Assembly: GCA_964480485.1 (NCBI GenBank)
Contig: CAYZOP010000005.1
Coordinates: forward strand, 124,793 to 188,792
Direction of reading: 5' to 3'
Length of the DNA stretch: 64,000 nt
From: an uncultured Desulfobacterales bacterium
GTDB lineage: Bacteria > Desulfobacterota > Desulfobaccia > Desulfobaccales > 0-14-0-80-60-11
Shown here: positions 26,901 through 36,561 of the stretch, one piece after another
How positions within the stretch are numbered: position 1 is the stretch's first letter
Layout: the number at the start of each line of letters is the position of its first letter
Notes under the pieces: model-generated
The model's input: only the letters and a program-made list of their open reading frames with translations
Databases searched by the model: none
Told to the model about the DNA's origin: nothing
Translations under genes and position numbers: made by a program

Positions 26901-27482
26901 TCACACCCCCGCGTCTTGAAAGATTTTGGCCAGATCGTTCCGCCCCTTGAGAGGCTTGGGGCCGATGGGGCGCAGCCTGCCACGGCGCAATAGCCCCCAC
27001 CCCAGCTTGGCGTTCTCCCAGAGTTCTTTCAGGTCAGGTCGCCGCCTGAGCTTATACAGGGTGAAGCGCTGCATGAGGGCCATCTCCCCCAGGCGCCCTC
27101 CGCTCCGGCGAATGCTCTCCAGAAAGAAGCGGTGGAAAACGGCCACCTCCGGCTGTGCCACCGCCTTCCCTTGGCGCAGGGCCTCCTCTTTGAGCCAGTC
27201 CATGACGCCGGCGATGTCGATGCCGTTGGGGCAGCGGGTGGTGCAGGTGACGCAGGCGGCGCAGACCCAAATGGTGCGGCAGGTGAGCAGCGTCTCCGTC
27301 TGACCCAGGAGCGCCAGGCGGATGACCCGGTCCGGCAACAGATCCATGGCGAAGGTCAAGGGGCAGCCGGCGGAGCACTTTTTACACTGAAAGCAGGAGG
27401 AAACCGGGGTGGGAAAATGCCTGGCCAGGCTTTCGGATAACGTAAAGGATGGGACCAGCGGTTGGTCGAGGTTGCGTTCCAT
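26901..27482 (-). CDS. hdrC: Heterodisulfide reductase subunit C
   Basis: CFQCKKCSAGCP and IWVCAACVTCTTRCPNGIDI; F...FLESIR..GR..E; precedes hdrB. Confidence 0.95.
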   Translation of the reverse strand: MERNLDQPLVPSFTLSESLARHFPTPVSSCFQCKKCSAGCPLTFAMDLLPDRVIRLALLGQTETLLTCRTIWVCAACVTCTTRCPNGIDIAGVMDWLKEEALRQGKAVAQPEVAVFHRFFLESIRRSGGRLGEMALMQRFTLYKLRRRPDLKELWENAKLGWGLLRRGRLRPIGPKPLKGRNDLAKIFQDAGV

Positions 27483-27485
27483 CAA

Positions 27486-27815
27486 AATAGGCTCCTCACC
27501 TCGCGTTATGAGACCTCTGTGGACATTTCCGCCTCACTCAGAAGCCCTGGTTGGGCCGGGGCGCCAGTCCGGAACCTGCGTGCGCCCTTCCCTAACCGAG
27601 CTGCCGGGGCGGCGCTTACAGCCCATCCGGGCAGCGGTCAGGCATTGGGTTGCCGCCGGGTCTGCCGGATCGAAAAAAAAGCTTTTGAGCCCCGGGCCTC
27701 ACCCTTTTTGGCGTGCGGCACCCGTAACCCCTCCCCTGTCCCTGAAGCTCAGGCAGAGGATGACGGCCAGCCTCTCGTTCACAGTCTTCCCGGGCCTTAG
27801 GAACACGGGATGCTA
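27486..27815 (-). ncRNA. Long, apparently structured 5' leader of the hdr-metVF operon (class unassigned)
   Basis: About 330 nt between the predicted sigma54 start and hdrC. Hand-found helices GCAUCCCGUG/UACGGGUGC, UUCC/GGAA, AGAGG/CCUCU and CCUGA/UCAGG, then a hairpin and a U8 tract. No recognisable known riboswitch consensus. Confidence 0.35.
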
Positions 27816-27825
27816 CCCCTAGGTA

Positions 27826-27842
27826 GGCAAGGCACATGCCAA
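27826..27842 (-). promoter_or_regulatory. Sigma54 (-24/-12) promoter of the hdr-metVF operon
   Basis: Minus strand TTGGCATGTGCCTTGCC with exact GG-N10-GC spacing, followed upstream by an AT-rich tract. Confidence 0.78.
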
Positions 27843-27915
27843 ATCCCTCAAAATATTTAACTATCTGTATTTATTCAACATTAAGATGGCGCCCCTGGTT
27901 CTGAGAAGCAGGTCA

Positions 27916-27998
27916 TTTGTCGGATAAGCCGACAAAAACAGCAAAATAGGACTAACCAAGGAATATCACTCATTTTTCTTTTGTTGGATAATTATACA
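27916..27998. promoter_or_regulatory. Two TGT-N11-ACA sites: candidate enhancer-binding-protein UAS
   Basis: Perfect inverted repeat TTTGTCGG-ATAAG-CCGACAAA (27916-27936) and a related copy TGTTGGATAATTATACA (27982-27998), 64 bp apart and about 75-155 bp upstream of the sigma54 site. Confidence 0.6.
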
Positions 27999-28196
27999 GG
28001 CAACACCGGTTCGTTCCTGAAGGCTCTCAGTGACAGAAAGATGCATCGGCAGGATACCTGGAAACCGAGGCGGGGCGCGCCTGGGCGGCTTGGGCCGAAA
28101 CCGGGGGGATGACCCAAGGCCGAAGGCAGGCGGTGACGGAAAGGTTATGGTTTCTGGCGGTCTGAATCCGGGCGGCGGCCGGCCGTTTGGGAACGG

Positions 28197-29651
28197 TTAC
28201 CGATCCGGCTTGGCGTCCTGGGCTGCGGGCTGGCGAACCCGGGGAGCGGGTTGCCAGCCGCCCCCCAGGGCGCGGTAGAGGGCGATGACGGCCAGGAGTT
28301 CGTTGGTCCGGTCCTGGGTGAGCCGAAGCTCGGCCTCAAAGAGCTCCCGGTCGGAGTCCAGGACTTCCAGGTAGGGGGTGACGCCCCCGAAGTAGCGCTG
28401 ATAGGCCAGTTCGGTTTGCTGGCGCAGGGACTTGACCCGCCGTTCAGCCTCGATGCGCACCTCCCGGAAGCGCTGCACCGCCACCAGGGCGTCGGAGACC
28501 TCCTGGAAGGCCGATTGGATGGATTTTTTGTAGACCAGAAGCGCCTCTTCCTTGCGAGCCTCGCTGGCCCTCACATTGGCCCGGAGCCGCCCGGCCGTGA
28601 ACAGGGGTTGGAGGACGCCGGGGGAAACCACATCCCAGAAGCTGGCCGGCCCGGTGAACAGGCCTTTCAGGGCCGCAGATTCCCAGCCCGCCGCGCCGGT
28701 GATGCGGATGTTGGGGAACAGGAGGGCCTTGGCCTCGCCGATGCGGGCGTTGGCCGCCACCAGCTGCTCTTCGGCGGCGCGGATGTCGGGCCGGCGCTCC
28801 AGGAGCGCGGAAGTGAGGCCCGGCGGAATGGTGACGGTCAGATCCTGCTCCAAAAGCGACTTGCCCCGGCGGATGGGGCCGGGGTTGCGCCCCAGAAGCA
28901 CGCTGATGCGGTTTTCCTGCTGCTCGATGGCCCGTTTCAGGTTGGGGACTGCGGCCCGGGCGCCGTACAGCAGATTTTCGGTCATGAGCACCGGCGTCTG
29001 CGAATCCCAGCCATAGTCGAAGCGGGCCTGCACCAGCTTCAAGGACTCTTCCCGGGTCTTCACGGTGCGCTGGCTGATCTCCAGCTGCTGGTCCAGGGAC
29101 CTGAGCTCGATGTAAGCCCGGGCCAGGTCGGTGACCAGGGTCTGGACGACGAAGTTGCGGTTCTCTTCGGAGGCGAAAAACTCGGCCCGGGCGGCCTCGG
29201 TGGCCCGGCGGAGGCGCCCGAAGAAGTCCAGCTCCCAGGAGAGGTCGCCGAAAAGAAGGCCGGCGGTGCGCTCCAGCCGCGGCTGCTGGGGAGTGAAGCC
29301 CCGCTCCGAGGTGCGCAGGCTATCCAGCTGGCCGCCGGCGTTCAGGGTGGGGAAGAGAAACGACCGCTGGATGACCACCTGCTCCCGGGCCGCCAGCACC
29401 CGTTGGGCGGCGATCTGGACGTCGTAGTTTTCCTTGAGCCCGATCCTGATCAACTCCTGGAGCTGATCGTCCTTGAAGACCTCGAACCAGGCCAGGTCGC
29501 CGAAGGAGGCGTCGGCCGGTTCCTTGGGGAGCTCCGGCCCCTGGCCCCGGAAACGTTCCGGCACCGGGTAGCCGGGCCGCCGGTAGTCCGGGCCCACGGC
29601 GCAGCCCCACAGCAGCATGAGCATCAGAGCGGTGGCCAGCCAGGTCCTCAT
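28197..29651 (-). CDS. RND efflux outer-membrane lipoprotein (OprM/NodT family)
   Basis: Lipobox [12 protein letters not shown]; [11 protein letters not shown]; [16 protein letters not shown]; LYRALGGGW. Start set at MRTWL. Confidence 0.95.
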   Translation of the reverse strand: MRTWLATALMLMLLWGCAVGPDYRRPGYPVPERFRGQGPELPKEPADASFGDLAWFEVFKDDQLQELIRIGLKENYDVQIAAQRVLAAREQVVIQRSFLFPTLNAGGQLDSLRTSERGFTPQQPRLERTAGLLFGDLSWELDFFGRLRRATEAARAEFFASEENRNFVVQTLVTDLARAYIELRSLDQQLEISQRTVKTREESLKLVQARFDYGWDSQTPVLMTENLLYGARAAVPNLKRAIEQQENRISVLLGRNPGPIRRGKSLLEQDLTVTIPPGLTSALLERRPDIRAAEEQLVAANARIGEAKALLFPNIRITGAAGWESAALKGLFTGPASFWDVVSPGVLQPLFTAGRLRANVRASEARKEEALLVYKKSIQSAFQEVSDALVAVQRFREVRIEAERRVKSLRQQTELAYQRYFGGVTPYLEVLDSDRELFEAELRLTQDRTNELLAVIALYRALGGGWQPAPRVRQPAAQDAKPDR

Positions 29652-32600
29652 GACTTTTCTCCTTGATGGCCGCCGGGGTTGGGGGAGGCCGGGGCCGGCG
29701 CCGGATGCTCCTTGGCCTTGCGGTGGGTCAGCTTCTCCACCACATAGAAGGTCACCGGGATCAGGAAGATGGCGATGAGCGTGGCCGCCAGCATGCCGCC
29801 GATGACCGCGGTGCCCATGACCTTGCGGGCGACGGCGCCGGAGCCGGAGGCCAGGGCCAGGGGCACGCACCCCAGGATGAAGGCGAAGCTGGTCATGAGG
29901 ATGGGACGGAGCCTGAGGCGCGCCCCCTCCAGGGCCGCATCGGCGATGTCCTTGCCCTTCTCATACTCCACCTTGGCGAACTCCACGATCAGGATGGCGT
30001 TTTTGGCCGCCAGGCCGATGAGCATCACCAAGCCGATCTGGGCATAGAGATTGAGCTCCATGCTGCGCAGGAAAATCCCCAGGAAGGCCCCGAAGATGGC
30101 GATGGGCGTGCCCAGGAGCACGCTGAAGGGCAGCGACCAGCTCTCGTACTGGGCCGCCAGGATCAAAAAGACGAAGGTCAGGGACAGGGCGAAGACCACC
30201 CAGGCGGGCACGCCTTCCTGGGCCTTTTTCTCCTGGAAGGACATGCCCAGATAGTCAAAGCCCATCTCCGGCGGCATGGTCTCTTTGAAGACCTGCTCCA
30301 GGGCCCGCATCCCCTGGGCGGAGCTGTAGCCCGGGGCGTTGACGGCATTGATCTGCACCGAACGGTAGAGGTTGTAGCGCATGGTGAACTCCGGCCCGGC
30401 GCGCTGCTCCAGGCTGGTGAGCGCCGCCAACGGCACGGCGTCGTTGTTCTTGTTGCGCACATAGAACTGGCCCAACTGCTCGGCGTTGGTCCGGAATTCC
30501 CCCTCGGCCTGGACGTAAACCTGCCACTGGCGGCCGAAACGGTTGAAATAATTGACGAAGTAGCCTCCCATGAAGGCTTGCAGCACCCGGTAGACCTCGC
30601 TGATGTCCACCCCCTGCTTCAGCACCTTGTCCCGGTCCACCTTGACGAAGATCTGGGGCACCGTGGGCACGAAGGTGGTGGTGACCCGGGAGAGTTCCGG
30701 CCGTTTTTGGGCGGCAGCCAGGAATTTCTGGGTGTTGTTCCACAGGTAGGGGATGTCCTTGCCGGCCCGGTCTTCCAGGATGAAGGTGACCCCGCCCGCG
30801 GTGCCGATGCCGGGGATGGCCGGCGGCGAAAAGGCGAAGGCCACGCCTTGGGGCAGTTGGGCCAGCTTTTGGTTCAACCCGGCCATGATGGCCTCGTACT
30901 TCTCCTCGGGCTTATGCCGCTCGTGCCAGGGCTTCAGGGTCACGAAGAAAAAGCCGCTGTAGGTGTTGCTGACGCCGGAGAGCATGCTGTAGCCGATGAC
31001 ACTGGTGACGAACTCCACCCCCGGGGTGTTCATCATAATCTCTTCGATGTGGCGGCAGACCTCGCTGGTGCGCTGCAGGGAGGAGGCGTCGGGGAGTTGC
31101 ACGCCGGCGTACAAATACCCCTGGTCCTCTTCCGGCAGAAAGCCGCCGGGGAGCCTCCCGCCCACCAGGCCGGTGAGGCCGGTGACCAGGAGGAGAAAGA
31201 GGAGGCTCATCCCCGCCTTGCGGATGAACGCCCCGCACCAGCTCACATAGCCGGTGGTGGCGCGGCCGAAGAGGTGGTTGAACCAGCGGTAGAAGCCTCC
31301 CAGAGGACCGCCGGAGCCCTTCTTGGGCTTGAGCAGCAGGGCGGACAGGGCGGGCGACAGGGTCAGGGCGTTGAAGGCGCTGATGAGCACGCTGATGGCG
31401 ATGGTGATGGCGAACTGCTGATAGAGGCGGCCGGTGATGCCGGGGATGAAAATGGTGGGCAGAAAGACCGCGGAGAGCACCAGGGCGATGGCCACCACCG
31501 GTCCGGAGACCTCCTCCATGGCCTTGATGGTGGCCTCCTTGGGGGTCAGGCCGTGCTCGATGTGATGCTCCACCGCCTCCACCACCACGATGGCGTCGTC
31601 CACCACCAGGCCGATGGCCAGGACCAGCCCCATCAAGGCGATGGTGTTGATGGAGAAGCCGATGAGGGGAAAGAGGGCGAAGGTGCCGATCAAGGACACG
31701 GGCACCGCCAGGGCCGGAATCAGGGTGGCCCGCCAGCCCTGGAGGAAGATGAAGACCACGATGATGACCAGCACCAGGGCTTCAAACAGGGTGTGGAGGA
31801 TTTCTTTGATGCCCTCCCGCACCGCCTGGGTGGTGTCCAGGGCGACGACGTAGTCCATATCCGGCGGGAAGGACTCCTTGGCCCGCTCCATGAGAGCCTT
31901 CACCCCGTCCACCGCCTGGATGGCATTGGTGCCGGGGAGCTGGTACAGGGCCAGAACCGCCGCGGCCTTGCCGTTCAGGCGGCCCTGGATGGCATAGGTC
32001 TGGGACCCCAGCTCGATCCGGGCCACGTCCTTGAGGCGCACCAGGGAGCCGTCCGGGTTGGCCCGGAGCACGATCTGCTCAAACTCCTCCGGATTTTCCA
32101 GGCGCCCCTGGGAGCGGATGGCGTAGGTGTATTCCTGGCCCGGCGGGGCCGGCTCCGCCCCCACCTGGCCGGCGGGGTTCACGGTGTTCTGTTTCTGAAT
32201 GGCCTCCACAATCTCGGGAATGGTGATGTTCAGCTTGGCCAGCTGGTCGGGCCTGACCCAGAAGCGCATGGCATACTGGCCGGCCCCGAAGACGGTGACG
32301 CTGGCGATGCCGGGCACCCGGGTGATCTGGTCGTTCAGGTTGATGTAGGCGTAGTTGGCCAGGAAGACGGCGTCGTAGGTGCCGTTGGGGGAAATGAGGT
32401 TCACCACCATCAGGGGCGCGGCCGTGGACTTCTTGACGGTGATGCCGTAGTTGCGCACGTCCTCCGGCAGCTTGGCTTCGGCCTGGGCCTGACGCATCTG
32501 GGCCAGCACCTGGGCGGTATTGGGGTCCATTTTGACGTCGAAGTTCACGTACAGCTTCAACTCGCCGTTGTTGGCGTTCAAAGAGTACATGTAGTTCATG

Positions 32601-32821
32601 TTGTCCACGCCGCTCATCTCCTGCTCGATGGGCGTGGCCACGGACTGCTCCACCGTCTGGGCGTCGGCGCCCACATAGGTAGTGTTGATGAAGATTTCCG
32701 GCGGGACGATGTTGGGGTATTGGGCAATGGGCAGCCCCAGAAGCGCCACCACGCCCACGATCACCATGACGATGGCGATGACGATGGCCACGATGGGCCG
32801 GTTGATGAAAAAGCGCGCCAT
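29648..32821 (-). CDS. RND multidrug efflux permease (AcrB/HAE1 family)
   Basis: [11 protein letters not shown]; PIAQYP.I.PP; [13 protein letters not shown]; [10 protein letters not shown]; RLRPILMTS. Confidence 0.97.
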   Translation of the reverse strand: MARFFINRPIVAIVIAIVMVIVGVVALLGLPIAQYPNIVPPEIFINTTYVGADAQTVEQSVATPIEQEMSGVDNMNYMYSLNANNGELKLYVNFDVKMDPNTAQVLAQMRQAQAEAKLPEDVRNYGITVKKSTAAPLMVVNLISPNGTYDAVFLANYAYINLNDQITRVPGIASVTVFGAGQYAMRFWVRPDQLAKLNITIPEIVEAIQKQNTVNPAGQVGAEPAPPGQEYTYAIRSQGRLENPEEFEQIVLRANPDGSLVRLKDVARIELGSQTYAIQGRLNGKAAAVLALYQLPGTNAIQAVDGVKALMERAKESFPPDMDYVVALDTTQAVREGIKEILHTLFEALVLVIIVVFIFLQGWRATLIPALAVPVSLIGTFALFPLIGFSINTIALMGLVLAIGLVVDDAIVVVEAVEHHIEHGLTPKEATIKAMEEVSGPVVAIALVLSAVFLPTIFIPGITGRLYQQFAITIAISVLISAFNALTLSPALSALLLKPKKGSGGPLGGFYRWFNHLFGRATTGYVSWCGAFIRKAGMSLLFLLLVTGLTGLVGGRLPGGFLPEEDQGYLYAGVQLPDASSLQRTSEVCRHIEEIMMNTPGVEFVTSVIGYSMLSGVSNTYSGFFFVTLKPWHERHKPEEKYEAIMAGLNQKLAQLPQGVAFAFSPPAIPGIGTAGGVTFILEDRAGKDIPYLWNNTQKFLAAAQKRPELSRVTTTFVPTVPQIFVKVDRDKVLKQGVDISEVYRVLQAFMGGYFVNYFNRFGRQWQVYVQAEGEFRTNAEQLGQFYVRNKNNDAVPLAALTSLEQRAGPEFTMRYNLYRSVQINAVNAPGYSSAQGMRALEQVFKETMPPEMGFDYLGMSFQEKKAQEGVPAWVVFALSLTFVFLILAAQYESWSLPFSVLLGTPIAIFGAFLGIFLRSMELNLYAQIGLVMLIGLAAKNAILIVEFAKVEYEKGKDIADAALEGARLRLRPILMTSFAFILGCVPLALASGSGAVARKVMGTAVIGGMLAATLIAIFLIPVTFYVVEKLTHRKAKEHPAPAPASPNPGGHQGEKS

Positions 32822-32827
32822 GGCCTC

Positions 32828-34039
32828 TTACCTTTCCTGCTTTCCGCCGGCCGGGGGCTCCTGGTGCAGCTTGGGGGTCACGGCCATGCCGGCCCTGACC
32901 TTCTGGAGGCCCTCCACGATCACCCGCTCCCCGGGCTTGAGGCCCTCCTCCACCACCCACAGGGAGCCGGCCCGTTCGCCCACCTTCACCCAGCGCAGGT
33001 CCACCTTGTGGTCCGGGCCCACCACCGCCACCTGGAACCGGCCCTGGAGCTCTTTCACCGCCCGCTGGGGCACCAGGAGCGCGCCCTGCTGCGTCTCCAG
33101 CAGAGCCCGCACCTTGGCGAACTGCCCGGGCCTAAGGAGATTGCCGGGATTGGGGAAGAGGGTGGCCACCTTGATGGTGCCGGTGCGCTCATCCACCTGG
33201 CGGTCGGCGAAGGAGACCCGGCCTTTGTGGGGGAAGACCCGGCCGTCCGCCAGGACCAGCTCCAGGCTGGGCCCTTCCCGGTCGGATTTCTCTTTGCCTT
33301 CGGCCGCCCGGGTATAGTGCATATATTCCTGCTCGCTGATGGGCACGTACACCTTGATGGGATCAACCGTGGACACGGTGGTGAGCTCCGGCCCCCCGGT
33401 GCTTCCCACCAAGTCGCCCAACTGGGCCTTGGCGATGCCGGCGATGCCGTCAATGGGGGAGGTGATCCTGGTGAAGCTGAGGTCGATCTGGGCCTTTTGC
33501 ACCGCGGCCTTGGCGGCCTGCACCGCGGCCCGGGAGGAGGCCTCCCGGCCGATGGCGTCGTCCAGGTCCTTCTTGCTCACGGCGTTCACCTGGGCCAGGG
33601 GCCGGATCTTCTCCAGATTGGCCTTGGCGGTGTAGAGCTGGCCCTCAGCGATGGCCAACTGGCCTTTGGCCTGCTCCAGGGCCGCCTGGAAGGGCCGGGG
33701 GTCGATCTCGAAGAGGACCTGACCCTTCTTCACCACCGAGCCTTCCTGATAGTTCTGCCTGATGAGATAGCCCTGGACCTGGGCGTTGATCTTGGCGTTC
33801 ACCAGGCCGTCGGTGGCGCCCACCCACTCCCGGACGATGGGGACGTCCTTGACCACCACCTCGGCCACCTCCACCGGGGGAGCCGCCGGGGACGCGGCCT
33901 TTTTCTCGCCGCAGCCGGCCAAAAGGCTGACGGCCAGGCAGACTGCCGCCAAAAGATGAGCTGCCGGCCGCGGGGTCGGGACGCCGGGGGACGGAGTCAG
34001 AGGGGCGGCCTCAAGTCTTTCAGATTTGGTAAGTTTCAC
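32828..34039 (-). CDS. RND periplasmic adaptor (membrane fusion protein)
   Basis: Lipobox LAGC; VQGYL...Y.EGS.VKKGQVLFEIDPRPFQA; L.FTRITSPIDG.AG; NP...LRPGQF; LVPQRAV. The GTG start overlaps the stop of the upstream channel gene. Confidence 0.93.
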   Translation of the reverse strand: MKLTKSERLEAAPLTPSPGVPTPRPAAHLLAAVCLAVSLLAGCGEKKAASPAAPPVEVAEVVVKDVPIVREWVGATDGLVNAKINAQVQGYLIRQNYQEGSVVKKGQVLFEIDPRPFQAALEQAKGQLAIAEGQLYTAKANLEKIRPLAQVNAVSKKDLDDAIGREASSRAAVQAAKAAVQKAQIDLSFTRITSPIDGIAGIAKAQLGDLVGSTGGPELTTVSTVDPIKVYVPISEQEYMHYTRAAEGKEKSDREGPSLELVLADGRVFPHKGRVSFADRQVDERTGTIKVATLFPNPGNLLRPGQFAKVRALLETQQGALLVPQRAVKELQGRFQVAVVGPDHKVDLRWVKVGERAGSLWVVEEGLKPGERVIVEGLQKVRAGMAVTPKLHQEPPAGGKQER

Positions 34040-34728
34040 GGTTTTTCCTTTTGATGCATAATTGCCAGTGAGACCAGCGAGGCCAGGACAATGGCCGGAT
34101 AGAGCTGCCCCACCAAGGCCTCCAGCATGGCCAGGGTGCGGGCCACCGGGTGCACCGCGGTAACATCGCCGTATCCGGTGGTGGTGAGGGTGACGAAGCT
34201 GAAGTAGGTCAGCTCCCGCCTCAGGGCGTCCGGGTCGCCGGCCTTTACGCCCTCCGGCAGGCGGAAAGCCTGGGGGATGGTCAGGGCTGCCACCTGATAC
34301 ATGAAGGCCCACAACACCCCCAGGATCAAATAGATGACGATGGCGCCCCGAATCCGGTGGGCCGTCACCGGACCCTCCTGAAAAACCTGGGTGATGACCA
34401 CCACCAGCAGGCTCCCCAAAAAGATCAGGTTGAGGCTGTTGGTCAGAACCCCCAGGGTCGTTACCAGCCGGATTCTCTCCGCCCAATTGAGGGCCAGGAT
34501 GGCCGCCGCCAGAATGATAATGAAAAAGCTCAGCCACCTCTTCTGGAACGTGGTCAGCACCCCGGCCACAATAACGAGGGAGAAAAAGATCTGGGCCAGC
34601 AGCCGCCCGAAACCGAACTCGCTCAGGGAGTTCAGGAGGATGAAATAACCCAGGAAAAAAATCAGCAGCCCCGTGAGGCCGGTTTCATTAGACCAAATCT
34701 TTTGAGGACGCAGGGTTGACAGCTTCAT
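34036..34728 (-). CDS. Potassium-channel-family membrane protein (two-pore-helix Ion_trans_2 type, no RCK domain)
   Basis: Several TM segments then YFSFVTLTTTGYGDVT selectivity-filter motif and AR.L...EA..GQLY. Confidence 0.85.
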   Translation of the reverse strand: MKLSTLRPQKIWSNETGLTGLLIFFLGYFILLNSLSEFGFGRLLAQIFFSLVIVAGVLTTFQKRWLSFFIIILAAAILALNWAERIRLVTTLGVLTNSLNLIFLGSLLVVVITQVFQEGPVTAHRIRGAIVIYLILGVLWAFMYQVAALTIPQAFRLPEGVKAGDPDALRRELTYFSFVTLTTTGYGDVTAVHPVARTLAMLEALVGQLYPAIVLASLVSLAIMHQKEKP

Positions 34729-34815
34729 GCAGGGCTTTTCAAGTCAACCTTTTCAGTTTCCGGGAACGCCGGGCGTCCCCACCTGCCTGCAGACCGACCC
34801 AGAACTTGCTTATCC

Positions 34816-35916
34816 CTAATGGGAGCCGGGCAGAAAATAAAACATCACCGCCATGATAACGTAGACCGTTATTAATTGCACCCCCTTGAACCAATTGGCC
34901 TTGCCGTCTCCCGCCACCATGACCCCGATCAACACAGTCAAAAATACCCCCCCCAACAGGCCCCGGCTAAACACCAGATTAAGGGGCTGGGGAGCCATAA
35001 AGTAACTGGTCAGCACCAGGACCGGGGCCACAAACAAGGCTATCTGGATGGAGCTGCCGATGGCGATGGAGACGCTGAGGTCCATGCGGTTTTTTATTCC
35101 CATGGCCACGGCGGAGCTGCTCTCCGCGGCGCCGCCCACCACGGCCAGGACCACGATGCCGATGAAGGCCTGGGACATGCCCAGGGTCTTGGCCGTCTCC
35201 TCCACCGCCCCCACCAGGATTTCGCTCATGAAGGCCACTAAAACCGAAGTCAAAAGGAGGGTGATTGCAGCTCGAGGCAGGCTCCACCTCGCTTCAGCGC
35301 CGTGTTCCGCCGCCTCCCCCATGCTTTCAAAGAAGTCGGGGTGGGTTTTCAACATGAAGACCAGGCTCAAACCGTAGGTGACTAACAGCGCCAGGGCCAC
35401 CGCCAGGTTGACGTACTGCTCGTGCTGAATGGTGTCAACGGTGACAAAGTTGTGGAAGGTGCTGGGAATGGCCAGGCTGATGACCGCCAGGAGCATCATG
35501 GTCATGTAATTGCGGGAGGCCACCGGGTTGAACTCCTGGACGTGGCGGCGATAGCCCCCCAACAGAAAGGCCATCCCCAGACCCAGGAGCATGTTGGCCA
35601 GAATGGCGCCGATGATGGAGGCCTTGACCATGTCATAGAGACCGGCCTTGAGGGCCACCAGGGCGATGATCAGCTCCGGGGCGTTGCCGAAGGTGGCGTT
35701 CAAAAGACCACCGATGGTGTCTCCGGTGTAGGTGGCCAACTGCTCGGTGGAGTGCACCAGGAGGGCCGCCAGGGGAAAAATAGCCACCGCGGCCAGGAAA
35801 AACAACACCGGCTGCGGCACGCCCCCCATCCTGTCCAGGACGACGGTCAAAGGTATGAAGAGCAGCGCCAGTCCGAAAAAAATCTTCTGCAGGAGCTTCA
35901 AGGGTTCTCCCTCCAT
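34816..35916 (-). CDS. Ca2+/H+ exchanger (CAX/ChaA family)
   Basis: GGLLNATFGNAPE alpha-1 repeat; GGAAE alpha-2 repeat; MDLS..IAIGSS.QIALFVAP; NWFKGVQL. Confidence 0.92.
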   Translation of the reverse strand: MEGEPLKLLQKIFFGLALLFIPLTVVLDRMGGVPQPVLFFLAAVAIFPLAALLVHSTEQLATYTGDTIGGLLNATFGNAPELIIALVALKAGLYDMVKASIIGAILANMLLGLGMAFLLGGYRRHVQEFNPVASRNYMTMMLLAVISLAIPSTFHNFVTVDTIQHEQYVNLAVALALLVTYGLSLVFMLKTHPDFFESMGEAAEHGAEARWSLPRAAITLLLTSVLVAFMSEILVGAVEETAKTLGMSQAFIGIVVLAVVGGAAESSSAVAMGIKNRMDLSVSIAIGSSIQIALFVAPVLVLTSYFMAPQPLNLVFSRGLLGGVFLTVLIGVMVAGDGKANWFKGVQLITVYVIMAVMFYFLPGSH

Positions 35917-36036
35917 CAGTCCGGGGCCTCAGCGCCAAGCTCCAGGAGGCGGCGGGCCTGGCCGTCTCTCAAGCTCCGCCTCGCAAGGGCCCTCGATCAG
36001 CTCCGGCCGGACGCCTCCTGGATGACGGCATTATCG

Positions 36037-36543
36037 TTACGGGGCCCCAGGAGGGGGTGGCACCTGCTGATAGACCACTTCGCTGCCCTGGTAGACCGGC
36101 CGATAATAAACCCCGCTGGCCACATAGTAGGTAACCCCGGCCACAGCTACGGCTCTGGCCCCCACCGGCACGGTCCGCACCACGGCGGTGCCGCCCCCGG
36201 GCCCCTGAACGGCTGCTCCCCGGGGGCCCACATAAGCCTCGCCGCCCCGGGGGCCTTCCACATAGGCCCGGCGGGGCCCTGCGGTCACGGTGGCGCTCCC
36301 GGAATGCACATAATTCCGGGGGGTGGCGGCCACGGCGGTGCCGCCGGGGCCCACAGCCGCGGTTCCCCGGGGGCCGGAGACCGCCGCGCCTCCCCGGGGA
36401 CCCCGGGCGGCGGCCGCGGCCCCGGCTTCCTTGATGAGCATACTTCCCAGGGGACTGACTGGCAGCAGCCCCGAAAGCGCCACCAGTGACAGGATCAACG
36501 GCAAGGCTTTGGGCAACATCGCCTTAGGGTTCGCAACGTGCAT
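36037..36543 (-). CDS. Exported hypothetical protein with GPRG repeats and a C-terminal YYxxxGVYYxP segment (DUF6515-like)
   Basis: Hydrophobic N-terminal signal; about 8 V/A-x-GP(R/G)G units; GVTYYVASGVYYRPVYQG..VVYQ.VPPP tail; RBS GGAG before ATG 36543. Confidence 0.7.
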   Translation of the reverse strand: MHVANPKAMLPKALPLILSLVALSGLLPVSPLGSMLIKEAGAAAAARGPRGGAAVSGPRGTAAVGPGGTAVAATPRNYVHSGSATVTAGPRRAYVEGPRGGEAYVGPRGAAVQGPGGGTAVVRTVPVGARAVAVAGVTYYVASGVYYRPVYQGSEVVYQQVPPPPGAP

Positions 36544-36561
36544 GGCTATCTCCTCCCTCAC

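Noticed and set aside
27555-27575. GACTGGCG (minus strand) resembling the start of a ZTP/pfl riboswitch
   Set aside because: The following GTGG/CCAC stem and the 3' GCCYGGGC pseudoknot partner are missing.
13533-28000. Hdr operon as an island inserted at tRNA-Leu
   Set aside because: No repeat of the tRNA-Leu 3' end seen at the far side, no mobility genes, and codon style matches the core genes.
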